Part shown: piece by piece, positions 36,718 through 46,514 of the stretch
Numbering within the stretch: the first letter of the stretch is position 1
How the letters are laid out: each line of letters opens with the position of its first letter
DNA from: Alphaproteobacteria bacterium
GTDB taxonomy: Bacteria > Pseudomonadota > Alphaproteobacteria > UBA2966
Length of the DNA: 64,000 nucleotides
Direction of reading: 5' to 3'
NCBI GenBank assembly: GCA_964291395.2
Contig: OZ219858.1
Coordinates: 544,001 to 608,000 of the forward strand
Program-made: the position numbers and the translations under genes
Notes under the pieces: generated by a model
Databases searched by the model: none
What the model saw: only the letters and a program-made list of their open reading frames with translations
What the model was told of the DNA's origin: nothing

Positions 36718-39700
36718 GTGTATCTGGACGGTCGACTGTGGGCATTCACCAGGGGCGTGCGGCTTCGCATCGCCTGGGCCGTATGCATCGGCCTGCTGGC
36801 GGTCGCGGTGGGCATTGTCCGACTCGGCCTGTTGGGCTGGCTTCTGGGCAAGGTATTCGGCGGCCAGTCGGTCGAGAACCTGATCCTGCCCATCGCGCTG
36901 GTGGCCGGAACGATGCTGCTGCGCGGCTGGCTCGACTACCACCGGGACATGGTCGCACACCGCACGGCCGCCGTCGTTCAAACCCGTCTGCGGCTGATGA
37001 TCTACGATCACGTCACGGAGCTCGGACCGGCACCCTTCACCGGAGCCCGAACCGGCGACGTGATGCTCTCCATGGTCGAGGGAGTCGAACAGCTCGAGGT
37101 CTATTTCGGTCAGTATCTGCCGCAACTCTTCGTCGCAGGGCTGACGCCGGTACTGATTTTCGCCTTCGTCGCGTTCGTCGACATGCCGATCGCCCTGGTG
37201 CTCCTGATCGCGGCGCTCGTCACGCTCGTCGCGCCGGCCGTCTGGCACGGCCTGGACGGCAGGAACAGCGCGGCACGGCAAGAGACGTACGGTGCGTTCG
37301 GCGCGGAATTCCTGGACGCCATCCAGGGACTCGCGACGATCAAGGCGTTCGGACAGACGCGGGAGCGCGCGGAGATGCTGCGGACCAAGGCGCATGCGCT
37401 GTTCAAAAGCACGATGTGGGTCATGGCGACGAGCACGCTGTCCCGCGGCATCACGGACACCGGGATCGGGATCGGCGCCGCCGTGGCACTGGGCTGGGGC
37501 GCGTACCGGGTCGAGGCCGGACACATGGACATCACCGCCCTGCTCATCATCCTGATGCTGGGCGTCGAGGTGTTCCGGCCGCTGCGGGACCTCCGGGTCA
37601 TCCTGCATCGGGGCATGGTCGGCCTTGCCGCGGCGAAGGGCGTCTTTCATCTGCTCGACATGCGGCCGACGGTGCACGACGCACCGGCAACCGGGGACGG
37701 GGAGATTCCTCTCGACCCCACGGTGACTTTCGAGGGCGTCACGTTCTCCTATCCCGGCGGCCGGCAGCCGGCGCACGCCGGCCTGAGTTTCGATGCGAAG
37801 GCCGGCGAGCGGGTGGGCATCGTCGGTCCCAGCGGATCGGGGAAAACCTCGGTCGCGCGATTGCTGTTGCGATTCTACGACCCGCAGGGCGGGCGCATCC
37901 TCATCGGCGGCCGGGATCTGCGCGAACTCGCATTCGATCGGATCCGCAGCCGGATCGCGGTGGTGAACCAGGACACCTACATGTTCCACGGCACGGTCGA
38001 GGACAACCTGCGGATGGGCAAGGCCGACGCCACCGGGGCGGAGTTGGAAGCCGCGGCCCGGGCGGCCAATGCCCATCGATTCATAACCCGGTTGCCGCAG
38101 GGTTACCGCACCGTGGTCGGGGAGCGCGGCGTCCGTCTGTCGGGGGGACAGCGGCAGCGAATCGCGATCGCCCGCGCGCTTCTCCGGGACGCGCCGATCC
38201 TCATCCTGGATGAAGCGCTGTCCGCGGTCGATGCGGAGAACGAAGCCGTCATCCAGGAAGCTCTTGAACGCCTGATGGAGGGCCGTACCACGCTGATTTT
38301 CGCGCACAGGCTTTCCAGCGTCATAACCGCGGACCGCATTCTGGCGCTGGAAAGCGGACGGGTCGCCGAGAGCGGGACTCATGCGGAACTGATGGCGCGG
38401 CGCGGGACCTACTACCGGCTGATGGCCGCGCAGGCCCTGGACGGCGCCGGCGGTGTCGATGTCGACGACCGGACCATCGGGCAGGCCCGGGACGACGCAC
38501 TGCCGGTCGGCGAACCCGAGGCGGCGGTCGCGCCTTCCGAGCCCACCGACGCCATCATACGGGCAGAGGGCCTGGGGTGGTCCTCGCTGATCGGAATCCT
38601 GATGGGGATGATCCGCGGATATGTGGCGCAGCTCGTCGTCACCTTCATGCTGGGCGTTGCCCGGGTGGCGGCCTTCATCGGCGTCGGCGTGGTCGGCGCG
38701 CTCGTCGTGCTCGCGGTCAAGAACGGCGAGTCCTTCGAAGGCCTTCTCATCATCCTGGGCATCACCGCGCCGCTCGCCGGCATCTTCCACTGGATCGAAT
38801 CGTGGTTCGCTCACGACATGGCGTACAGGCTGTTGGCGGACATGCGAATCGACATGTTCCGGAGGCTCGATGCGCTCGCTCCGGCCTACCTGATGCGACG
38901 GCGTAGCGGCGATCTGGTGGGTGTCGCAACCCACGACGTCGAGCTCATCGAATATTTCTTCGCCCACTCCGTCACGCCGGCGTTCGTCGCCGTGCTCGTC
39001 CCCGCCGTCGTGCTTGCGACCCTCGTCTCGTTCGGGTGGCAGATCGCCTTGGCCCTGCTGCCCTTCCTCGTCTACGCCGGCCTCAGTCCGGTGCTCGGCC
39101 GGGGCCGGATCGATCGCCTGGGCTCGCGCGCCCGCGAGGCCTCCGGCGACCTGAGCGCCTTCGCGGTCGATTCCGTGCAGGGCCTCGGCGAGATCGTCGC
39201 GTTTCAGCAGATCCGGCGCCGCGGCGAGGAGTTCGCGGCGAAGGCGCGGGCGTTCGTGGAGATTCGGACGCCGTTCCTGAGCGATCTGGCCATGCAGACC
39301 GCGCTGCAGGACGTCGCGACCGGGTTGGGCGGCCTCGCGGTGATCGTGGTCGGCGGCGTCCTCACGGTGGAGGGGCGTCTCGAAAGCGGCGTCCTGCCGT
39401 TGCTCACGCTGCTCGCCATGTCGGCCTTCCTGCCGATTTCCGAGATTGCCCAGGTGGGCCGCCAGCTCGCGGACACCCTCGGCGCCACCCGCCGGGTCCA
39501 CGCGGTGAACACGGAGCCGATCACGGTCACCGACGGCCCCGGTGTCGCCGCGCAGGACCGCCGGGACGGGGTCGCCCTGGAGATGTCGGATGTCGACTTC
39601 ACCTACCCCGGCCGGACCCGCCCCGCGCTCTCCGGGGTGTCGTTCGCGGTTCCGGCCGGCACCACGGTGGCGCTCGTGGGTCCGTCCGGTGCGGGGAAGA

Positions 39701-40317
39701 CGACCGTCGCCGGCCTTTTCCTGCGTTTCTGGGATCCCACGCGCGGCGTGGTCACGATGGCGGGGCACGATCTCAGGGACTACGGGCTCGACGATTTGCG
39801 CCGACAGATCGCGCTGGTCGCGCAGGACGGCTATCTGTTCAACGACACGCTTCGGAACAACATCCTGATCGCGCGACCGTCGGCCGGCGCGCCGGAACTC
39901 GCGGAGGCCGTCGAAATGGCCTCGCTCTCGGAGTTCGTCGCGACCCTGCCGGAGGGTCTCGAGACGGTCGTCGGCGAGCGCGGCGCCCAGCTTTCGGGCG
40001 GTCAGCGCCAGCGCGTTGCGATCGCGCGCGCCTTTCTCAAGGATGCGCCGATCCTGATCCTGGATGAAGCGACCTCGCACCTCGACGCGGTCAACGAACA
40101 GGCGGTTCGCGGCGCGCTGCGGTTGCTCATGCGCGACCGGACGACGGTGGTCATCGCGCATCGGCTCTCGACCATCCGCGACGCCGCACGGATCGTCGTG
40201 CTCGACGAGGGACGGGTGATCGAGGCCGGAGACCATGAGGCGCTGCTCGAGCGCGGCGGACCGTACGCCCGCCTCGTTTCCGGGCAGCTCCGTGCGGGGG
40301 CCGTTTCCGCGGCGTAA
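36718..40317 (+). CDS. Single-chain ABC exporter (TMD-NBD-TMD-NBD), CydDC/IrtAB-like
   Basis: Two Walker A (GPSGSGKT, GPSGAGKT), two LSGGQ signatures, two ILILDE, two TM regions; probable GTG start. Confidence 0.9.
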   Translation: MYLDGRLWAFTRGVRLRIAWAVCIGLLAVAVGIVRLGLLGWLLGKVFGGQSVENLILPIALVAGTMLLRGWLDYHRDMVAHRTAAVVQTRLRLMIYDHVTELGPAPFTGARTGDVMLSMVEGVEQLEVYFGQYLPQLFVAGLTPVLIFAFVAFVDMPIALVLLIAALVTLVAPAVWHGLDGRNSAARQETYGAFGAEFLDAIQGLATIKAFGQTRERAEMLRTKAHALFKSTMWVMATSTLSRGITDTGIGIGAAVALGWGAYRVEAGHMDITALLIILMLGVEVFRPLRDLRVILHRGMVGLAAAKGVFHLLDMRPTVHDAPATGDGEIPLDPTVTFEGVTFSYPGGRQPAHAGLSFDAKAGERVGIVGPSGSGKTSVARLLLRFYDPQGGRILIGGRDLRELAFDRIRSRIAVVNQDTYMFHGTVEDNLRMGKADATGAELEAAARAANAHRFITRLPQGYRTVVGERGVRLSGGQRQRIAIARALLRDAPILILDEALSAVDAENEAVIQEALERLMEGRTTLIFAHRLSSVITADRILALESGRVAESGTHAELMARRGTYYRLMAAQALDGAGGVDVDDRTIGQARDDALPVGEPEAAVAPSEPTDAIIRAEGLGWSSLIGILMGMIRGYVAQLVVTFMLGVARVAAFIGVGVVGALVVLAVKNGESFEGLLIILGITAPLAGIFHWIESWFAHDMAYRLLADMRIDMFRRLDALAPAYLMRRRSGDLVGVATHDVELIEYFFAHSVTPAFVAVLVPAVVLATLVSFGWQIALALLPFLVYAGLSPVLGRGRIDRLGSRAREASGDLSAFAVDSVQGLGEIVAFQQIRRRGEEFAAKARAFVEIRTPFLSDLAMQTALQDVATGLGGLAVIVVGGVLTVEGRLESGVLPLLTLLAMSAFLPISEIAQVGRQLADTLGATRRVHAVNTEPITVTDGPGVAAQDRRDGVALEMSDVDFTYPGRTRPALSGVSFAVPAGTTVALVGPSGAGKTTVAGLFLRFWDPTRGVVTMAGHDLRDYGLDDLRRQIALVAQDGYLFNDTLRNNILIARPSAGAPELAEAVEMASLSEFVATLPEGLETVVGERGAQLSGGQRQRVAIARAFLKDAPILILDEATSHLDAVNEQAVRGALRLLMRDRTTVVIAHRLSTIRDAARIVVLDEGRVIEAGDHEALLERGGPYARLVSGQLRAGAVSAA

Positions 40318-40337
40318 CGTCCGGACCCCGGAGGGAC

Positions 40338-40412
40338 TGGAGCGGGCGAAGGGATTCGAACCCTCGACTTCGACCTTGGCAAGGTCGCGCTCTACCCCTG
40401 AGCTACGCCCGC
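40338..40412 (-). tRNA. tRNA-Gly(GCC)
   Basis: GCGGGCGTAGCTCAGGGGTAGAGCGCGACCTTGCCAAGGTCGAAGTCGAGGGTTCGAATCCCTTCGCCCGCTCCA; cloverleaf with encoded CCA. Confidence 0.97.
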
Positions 40413-40586
40413 GTTCCCGAAACGACGACCGCCGCAGCGTTTGCGGCGCGTGATCATAACCATAGCCGCGCGGGACGCAATCGCAAAGGCCGTGATCCGT
40501 CCGGCCCCCGCGCCCCGACCGCTTGGCTTGCCGCTCTCTCTTGGCTATCGTCGCCCCCGCGCGAGCCACCTCCCGGCGATTGGATC

Positions 40587-41111
40587 ATGCCCGCTACCGA
40601 GCAAGAACTGTTTGACCGCCTCGCGGAACTCGACATCGAGTGCACGACCTGCCGCCATCCCGCGGTGTGGACGGTCGAAGAGAGCAGGCGTTTGCGCGGC
40701 GACATGCCCGGCGGCCATTGCAAGAGCCTGTTCCTGAAGGACAAGAAGGGCATGGTGTACCTGGTGGTCGCCCTGGAAGACCGCGAGATCGACATGAAGG
40801 GGTTGCGCCGCTCGATCGGGGCGGCGCCGCTTTCGTTCGCGCGGCCCGAGCTGCTGATGGAGATGCTGGGCGTGACCCCGGGAGCCGTTACGCCGTTCGG
40901 GCTGATCAACGACGTGAACGCCGCGGCACGCGTGGTGCTGGACAAGGAGATGCTGGAACGGGACCCGCTCAACTACCACCCGTTGACCAACGAGGCGACG
41001 ACGGCCATTGCACCGGGCGATCTGCTGAAATTCATTTGCGCCTGCGGCCATGAGCCGCGGATATTGGATTTCGAGGCGCTGAACGAACCGGCCGGCGGAT
41101 CGGGCGACTAA
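40587..41111 (+). CDS. YbaK/ProX-family aminoacyl-tRNA deacylase
   Basis: HPAVWTVEE, CKSLFLKDKK, LGVTPGAVTPF, HPLTNEAT. Confidence 0.9.
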   Translation: MPATEQELFDRLAELDIECTTCRHPAVWTVEESRRLRGDMPGGHCKSLFLKDKKGMVYLVVALEDREIDMKGLRRSIGAAPLSFARPELLMEMLGVTPGAVTPFGLINDVNAAARVVLDKEMLERDPLNYHPLTNEATTAIAPGDLLKFICACGHEPRILDFEALNEPAGGSGD

Positions 41112-41200
41112 GACCCCGCTTGGCTTGCGCCAGGCGTGCTATCATGTTTCGTGAACCGCAGCTTCGAGGCTGCGCAGGGCAGACGAGCCGAAGAGGCATT

Positions 41201-42160
41201 ATGGAACCGATCATCGGAGGCGAGGGACCGCCCGGTTCGGGCGGCAACGGATCATTGGTCAAGGACGGGGACACGGCGTCCTTCGGCGATGACGTCATCC
41301 GGGCCTCGATGGAGGTGCCCGTCATCGTCGACTTCTGGGCGCCCTGGTGCGGCCCGTGCAAACAGCTTGGGCCGGCGATCGAAAAGGTGGTCGCGGCCGC
41401 CGCGGGTGCCGTGAAACTCGTCAAGATCAACGTCGACGAGAATCAGCAGCTCGCCGCGCAATTGCGGGTGCAGTCGATTCCGGCGGTGTTCGCCTTCAAG
41501 AACGGTCAACCGGTTGACGGCTTCGTCGGCGCCCTGCCCGAAAGTCAGATCAAGGCGTTCGTCGAACGCCTTGCCGGCGAGATCGGTCCATCCCCCGTGG
41601 AAGAGGCGACCGCCCAGGCGCGGGCGTTTCTCGAGGCGGGCGATCTCGCGTCCGCGGCGGGACTGTTCGGCGAGGCGTTGAAGGCCGAGCCCGGAAATCC
41701 CGGCGCGGCGGCCGGACTGGCCAAGTGCTACATGGAGAACGGCGATCTGGAACAGGCGCGCCAGACCCTGTCGGTGGTGCCGCCGGAACACCGCGATGCC
41801 CGAAAGTCAGATTCAAGGCGTTCGTCGAATGCCGGCGAGATCGCCGAGGTGCGCAGCGTCGAGGCCGCGCTGACGTTGGCGGAAAACGCCGGCGATACGG
41901 GCGACGTTCAGGAACTGCGCGGCAAGCTCGATAGCGACCCGACCGATCATCAGGCGCGCTTCGAGTTGTCGGAAGCGTTGATGGCCGCGGGCCGGCGCGA
42001 GGAGGCGGTGAGCGAGCTTCTCGAGCTCGTTCGCCGGGACCGCAACTGGAATGACGAGGCCGCCAGAAAGCAGCTCATCACGCTCTTCGAGGCGTTCGGG
42101 CCGACGGACGAGCTCACCGTCAGCGGACGCCGCCAACTGTCGTCCCTCCTGTTCTCGTGA
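41201..42160 (+). CDS. cnoX: Thioredoxin-TPR chaperedoxin (YbbN/CnoX)
   Basis: WAPWCGPC, TPR-like C-terminus ending [11 protein letters not shown]; contains a short internal insertion. Confidence 0.9.
   Translation: MEPIIGGEGPPGSGGNGSLVKDGDTASFGDDVIRASMEVPVIVDFWAPWCGPCKQLGPAIEKVVAAAAGAVKLVKINVDENQQLAAQLRVQSIPAVFAFKNGQPVDGFVGALPESQIKAFVERLAGEIGPSPVEEATAQARAFLEAGDLASAAGLFGEALKAEPGNPGAAAGLAKCYMENGDLEQARQTLSVVPPEHRDARKSDSRRSSNAGEIAEVRSVEAALTLAENAGDTGDVQELRGKLDSDPTDHQARFELSEALMAAGRREEAVSELLELVRRDRNWNDEAARKQLITLFEAFGPTDELTVSGRRQLSSLLFS
41535..41843 (+). repeat. Imperfect ~50-bp intragenic duplication in cnoX (41535-41585 copied at 41797-41843)
   Basis: TGCCCGAAAGTCAGATCAAGGCGTTCGTCGAACGCCTTGCCGGCGAGATCG vs TGCCCGAAAGTCAGATTCAAGGCGTTCGTCGAATGCCGGCGAGATCG. 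Confidence 0.9.
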
Positions 42161-42819
42161 ACACGTCACCGACCGCCGCGCTGGACACGCTGTCGCCCAC
42201 CATTCCGGTGTTTCCGCTGTCGGGCGCGTTGCTGCTGCCGCGCGGCGAGCTTCCCCTCCATGTCTTCGAGCGGCGCTACCGCGACATGGTGCGCGACAGC
42301 GCCGCCGGCCACGGCCTCATCGGCATGGTCCAACCGACGCAACCCGAATCGACGGCGGACCATCCCGACCTCTACGGAACCGGCTGCGTGGGACGCATGT
42401 CCGCCCTGCGTCAAACGGACGACGGCCGGTACTACATGACGCTGATCGGACTGTGCCGGTACGACATCGTGGAAGAGCTCCCGATGACGCATGCCTATCG
42501 CGAGGTCGTCGCGGACTACCGGCGGTATCTCTCCGATATCGACCCGGCCGAATCGGCCGCGACGGATCGCGAAAAACTCCTGTCCGCGTTGCAGGGCTAT
42601 CTCGATGCGCAGGACCTGGAAACGGATTGGGGCCAGATGGATCGGGTCGACGAGGAAACGCTCGTCAACGCGCTGGCCATGGCGTGCCCGTTCGACCCCC
42701 GTGAAAAACAGGCGCTCCTGGAGGCGGGGAACGTCCGCGAGCGTTCGGAAATCCTGACGTCCTTGTTCACCATGAGCGGCCACGCCGCGCGCGGCGCGAC
42801 GCCGTCTTCCATGCAGTGA
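42157..42819 (+). CDS. LON peptidase substrate-binding domain protein
   Basis: [32 protein letters not shown]. Confidence 0.9.
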   Translation: MNTSPTAALDTLSPTIPVFPLSGALLLPRGELPLHVFERRYRDMVRDSAAGHGLIGMVQPTQPESTADHPDLYGTGCVGRMSALRQTDDGRYYMTLIGLCRYDIVEELPMTHAYREVVADYRRYLSDIDPAESAATDREKLLSALQGYLDAQDLETDWGQMDRVDEETLVNALAMACPFDPREKQALLEAGNVRERSEILTSLFTMSGHAARGATPSSMQ

Positions 42820-42871
42820 CCTTCGTCGGGACGCGTGGCCAAGCCGTACCTGCACGATACCGGAGCGCGCG

Positions 42872-43096
42872 ATGAGCGATAAGGAAAGCACGGTCGATCC
42901 CAAGCTTCTGGAGATCCTGGTCTGCCCGTTGACCAAAGGGCCCTTGCGTTACGATCACGCGGCGCAGGAGCTCGTCAGCGAACAGGCCGGACTGGCCTAT
43001 CCCATACGCGACAGCATTCCCATCATGCTCGTCGACGAGGCCCGGCAGCTCGATGACGGCGGGACGTCCGAAGCCCGTTCCCCGGACGATGACTGA
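42872..43096 (+). CDS. Trm112/YcaR-family protein
   Basis: [30 protein letters not shown]. Confidence 0.9.
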   Translation: MSDKESTVDPKLLEILVCPLTKGPLRYDHAAQELVSEQAGLAYPIRDSIPIMLVDEARQLDDGGTSEARSPDDD

Positions 43097-43463
43097 GCGG
43101 CCGGGGCCGGTTCCGCGGCCCACCGAGGTTCGGCTCAAGAAGGAGGAGAAGGCGCTCGAGATCGATTTCGACGACGGGAGCTCGTTCCGGTACCCCGCGG
43201 AATTCCTCCGGGTCGAAAGTCCGTCCGCGGAAGTCCAGGGTCACGGTCCCGACCGGAAGGTCACCGTCGCCGGCCGCCGGCACGTGGGAATCCTCGGGCT
43301 GGAGTCGATCGGTCACTACGCGCTGAGAATAAGGTTCGACGATCTGCACGATACGGGCATCTATTCGTGGGACTACCTTTACGGCCTGGGGCGCGACCGG
43401 GACGAGGTCTGGCGGCGTTATCTGGACGCCCTGGAATCTCAGGGTCTCAGCCGCGACCCCTGA
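43089..43463 (+). CDS. DUF971 (GBBH-like N-terminal domain) protein
   Basis: [32 protein letters not shown]. Confidence 0.9.
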   Translation: MTERPGPVPRPTEVRLKKEEKALEIDFDDGSSFRYPAEFLRVESPSAEVQGHGPDRKVTVAGRRHVGILGLESIGHYALRIRFDDLHDTGIYSWDYLYGLGRDRDEVWRRYLDALESQGLSRDP

Positions 43464-43474
43464 GCCGCGGGGCC

Positions 43475-44710
43475 TCACAAGGCGGTCCCGCGAAGCATCC
43501 GCGGCAGCTTGCCGACGGTGCCCTGCGCGTGGCGCACGAAGAACCTTTTCAGCGGAGGCAATCGGTTTACGGCGGCCAGGCCCGCGCCCCGCGCCATCTT
43601 CACGGCGCCGATGTCGTAGGAGAACAGGCGGTTGAGTCCGTCGGTCACGGCGAGAAGCGTCATGGAATCGAACCGCCGCCACGTTTCGTAGCGGGAGAGG
43701 ACGTCGGGGCCTCCGATATCGAGTCCGAGACGGGCGACGTCAACGACGGCTTCCGCCAGCGCCGCGACGTCGCGGAACCCCAGGTTGAGGCCCTGCCCGG
43801 CAATGGGATGCATCCCGTGCGCGGCGTCCCCGACGAGCGCCAGCCGCCGGGCGCGATAGGTATCCGCATTGTGCAGCGCCAGCGGATAGCTCCAGCGGGG
43901 GCCGACGCTCGCCACGTGTCCGAGAAAGTCCCCGAACCTGTCTCTCATCTCGTCGTCGAAGGCGGTGTCGTCCAGTTCGATCAGCCTGTCGGCCACGGCC
44001 GAGGGCTCGGTCCACACGAGGGACGAACGGTTGCCGGTCAAGGGCAGAATGGCGAACGGCCCGGCGGGGAGGAACCGTTCGTGCGCGACGCCGCGGTGAG
44101 GGCGTTCGTGAACCGCCGTGCAGACGATCCCGGACTGCGCGTAGGACCAGCCGCGGACGCGGATGCCCGCCGCTTCGCGTAGCGGCGAGGCGCGGCCGTC
44201 GGCCGCGGCCACCAGACGGCCGCGAAGAACTTCGCCGTCGGCCAGGCGGGCGACCGCGGCATTCCCGGACCGCTCCAGGCCGCTCAATTCGGCGGGCGCG
44301 AACAGCTCGATGTTCGCGATTTCCGAGATTGCCGCGAACAGTCCTCGCCGCAGGTGACGGTTCTCCAGCATGAACCCCAGCGGACCGTCGCCCAGCTCGC
44401 GGTGATCGTAGTGCAGGAACAGGAGGGAGTCGCCCTCGCTGATCCGGATGTCGAGAATGGGTTGCGCGCCGGCCGTCAGATGCTTCCAGGCTCCGATCGC
44501 TTCCAGGGCGCGGCAGCTCGCGTGGGAAATGGCGGACGCCCGTCCGTCGAACGGAACGTCGACCATCGTGGCCGGATCCAGCCGGTCCACCAGCGCCACG
44601 CGCAGCCCGGCCCCGCCCAGCGCCACGGCGAGAGCGGATCCGATCAGGCCGCCCCCGACGATGATGACGTCGAAATCGGGTCCGGTCGGGTTGCGCCTGC
44701 TTGGGGCCAT
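43475..44710 (-). CDS. UbiH/UbiL-family FAD-dependent ubiquinone hydroxylase
   Basis: GGGLIG, DGRASA, AADG, GPFAILP, GDAAHGMHPIAGQGLNLG. Confidence 0.92.
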   Translation of the reverse strand: MAPSRRNPTGPDFDVIIVGGGLIGSALAVALGGAGLRVALVDRLDPATMVDVPFDGRASAISHASCRALEAIGAWKHLTAGAQPILDIRISEGDSLLFLHYDHRELGDGPLGFMLENRHLRRGLFAAISEIANIELFAPAELSGLERSGNAAVARLADGEVLRGRLVAAADGRASPLREAAGIRVRGWSYAQSGIVCTAVHERPHRGVAHERFLPAGPFAILPLTGNRSSLVWTEPSAVADRLIELDDTAFDDEMRDRFGDFLGHVASVGPRWSYPLALHNADTYRARRLALVGDAAHGMHPIAGQGLNLGFRDVAALAEAVVDVARLGLDIGGPDVLSRYETWRRFDSMTLLAVTDGLNRLFSYDIGAVKMARGAGLAAVNRLPPLKRFFVRHAQGTVGKLPRMLRGTAL

Positions 44711-44965
44711 GAACCCGACATTGGGGGATTACATGCCCGAGTCGCAACCCTCGTGGCGGGATGCCGGCCATCGCCGGGCACGAGGATGGCCGCGCGGGCG
44801 GGCCATCGGGGCGAAGATTCCCGTCGGCCTTCGACATGGTCGCGGTCCGGTTGATGGCATCCAGGGCGTTGCCTCTTTCCGCGTGAGGGGGCGGGGCGTC
44901 CCGCGCTCTACTGCCGCGCCGCCGCCCATCACCGACGACCTCTTTACGCTTGGCTATTTGGTGTT

Positions 44966-45253
44966 GTGCGCGGCGGGCGGCACGCCGAGCGCTTCCTCGA
45001 CGGCTTCGAAGGCATCCTGCAGGTCGACGGCTATGCCGGCTACACCCGGCTCGCCCGGACGCGCGATGGGGTGAGGCTCGCCCACTGCTGGGCTCACGCC
45101 AGGCGCAGGCTGCGCGAGGTGTTCGACAGCACCGGCTCGAGGGTCGCGGCCGAGGGGCTGCGCCGGATTGCCGGGTTCTACGCCATCGAGGACGACATCC
45201 GTGGCGCTTCGCCCGAACGGCGCCGGGTCGAGCTGGACACCGATGCCGTGGAA
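44966..45253 (+). mobile_element. IS66 TnpC transposase internal remnant
   Basis: GILQVDGYAGY, CWAHARR, joined directly to VELDTDAVE (internal deletion); no ends or accessory ORFs. Confidence 0.85.
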
Positions 45254-45357
45254 ACCGCACCATCGATTACCGTGCCCACGCTCAGCGCCGATAGCGAGCG
45301 GCATGCAAGTCCCGAGTCGCAGGGCTGTCATGGGGGACACGCAGCGTTATTGCTGCC

Positions 45358-45377
45358 TTGTATCGTGTGGGATACAA
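45358..45377. promoter_or_regulatory. TA operator-like palindrome
   Basis: TTGTATC-N6-GATACAA just upstream of the toxin start. Confidence 0.6.
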
Positions 45378-45384
45378 TTGGCCG

Positions 45385-45570
45385 GTGATCGGAATCCGTC
45401 AGACCGATGAGTACGAGAACTGGTTCCGGAAGCTTCGCGACAGGGAAGCGAAGGGACGGATCCTCATCCGCGTCAGGCGGTTGCCGCTTGGGAATCCGGG
45501 AGACGTGCGGCCTGTGGGCGGAGGCATCTCGGAACTTCGGATCGACTATGGGCCGGGCTATCGCGTGTAA
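45385..45570 (+). pseudogene. Addiction-module killer (RelE/HigB-like) toxin, 3'-truncated
   Basis: W--KLRD, LGNPGDVRPVGGGISELRIDYGPGYRV then TAA; C-terminal third missing. Confidence 0.85.
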
Positions 45571-45572
45571 CG

Positions 45573-45929
45573 ATGACTGGATCTGCAGAAGGTGCTGCGC
45601 CTGCGTTGGCCGGGACGCGGCCGTGGGACCCCGTGGAGTATCTGGAGACCCCGGATGATGTTATCGCCTATCTCGAAGCGGCCTTCGAGGACGGCGATCC
45701 GCGTGTGATTGCCGCGGCAGTGGGCGACGTCGCCCGCCGCCGGGGCATGACCTCCGTGGCGGCCAAGACCGGGCTCGGCAGGGAAAGCCTGTACAAGGCG
45801 CTTTCGCGAGACGGCAATCCGGGCTTTGCCACCATGCTCAACGTCCTGGAGGCCCTGGGACTGCGGCTTTGCCCACTGATAAAGGATCGGGAAGCGATTG
45901 GGCCGGGCAAAGTTGGCGAGGCCGGGTGA
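45573..45929 (+). CDS. Addiction-module antidote (HTH, HigA-like)
   Basis: WDPVEYL, AYLEAA, GMTSVAAKTGLGRESLYKALS-DGNP-FAT. Confidence 0.88.
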   Translation: MTGSAEGAAPALAGTRPWDPVEYLETPDDVIAYLEAAFEDGDPRVIAAAVGDVARRRGMTSVAAKTGLGRESLYKALSRDGNPGFATMLNVLEALGLRLCPLIKDREAIGPGKVGEAG

Positions 45930-46049
45930 CCCGCTTCGACGCGACCGGCCGCAGGCCCGACGACCACAACGGAAGCGGTCAACTCGTTTGGTACATGAAC
46001 CGGTCGACTCGGAATGTTCGTGGCAGACTTTGCCGTCCTGCGTGACGTA

Positions 46050-46061
46050 TCTCAATTGAGA
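46050..46061. promoter_or_regulatory. Perfect 12-bp palindrome upstream of the RelB/ParE remnant
   Basis: TCTCAATTGAGA. Confidence 0.55.
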
Positions 46062-46093
46062 GCCATACCGTTGGCAACTGCGGAGGGCGTCCC

Positions 46094-46216
46094 ATGCCGG
46101 CTCGGACTTCGATGCTCCATGTCCGCGTGGACGATCCGCGGCCCGCGGTCCCGCATGAACGGGTAATGACCGACGCGCAGGCGCTGATCGACGGGAAGGG
46201 TCGTGCGCGATCTTGA
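46094..46216 (+). pseudogene. RelB/DinJ-type antitoxin with in-frame internal deletion (40 aa)
   Basis: MPARTSMLHVRVDD joined to PRPAVPHERVMTDAQALIDGKGRARS; RBS GGAGG; too short for the ORF track. Confidence 0.7.
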
Positions 46217-46352
46217 ATGGAGGGCCACGGCGGTCGCCAATCTCATGGCGATCGTCGACTACATTTCGGACGACAATCCCGACGCCGCTCAAGCCCTGAA
46301 GGAAGACATCGAGGCCAAGGCATCGCGCTTGCGGGAGAACCCCCGACTTTAG
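46203..46352 (+). pseudogene. ParE-family toxin, N-terminal half only
   Basis: VRDLEWRATAVANLMAIVDYISDDNPDAAQALKEDIEAKASRLRENPRL-stop; overlaps the antitoxin 3' end. Confidence 0.8.
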
Positions 46353-46514
46353 ACGGACAGGAAGCAACCGAACGCCCTGCCCTCGCTGTCGCCCGGAATG
46401 CCGTCACCGGAGGCGAGCCCGTTTCCCCGACATCGCGCTCTCCCCGCGCGGGGTGTCCAGCCGCATCGACGAGCCGTTGCCGGTGTCGGGCCGGGTGGGT
46501 ACTCTCGCGGCATA

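Noticed and set aside
40338-40412. tRNA-Gly as an island integration site
   Set aside because: No integrase and no duplicated tRNA 3' end seen; both flanks look chromosomal
36661-40569. 1302-aa minus-strand ORF and similar long antisense ORFs (e.g. 30670-33348, 15122-17245, 17440-19482)
   Set aside because: Shadow frames of well-supported genes in high-GC DNA, with no motifs
44730-44965. Possible extra gene remnant upstream of ubiH
   Set aside because: No frame gave a motif I could recognise
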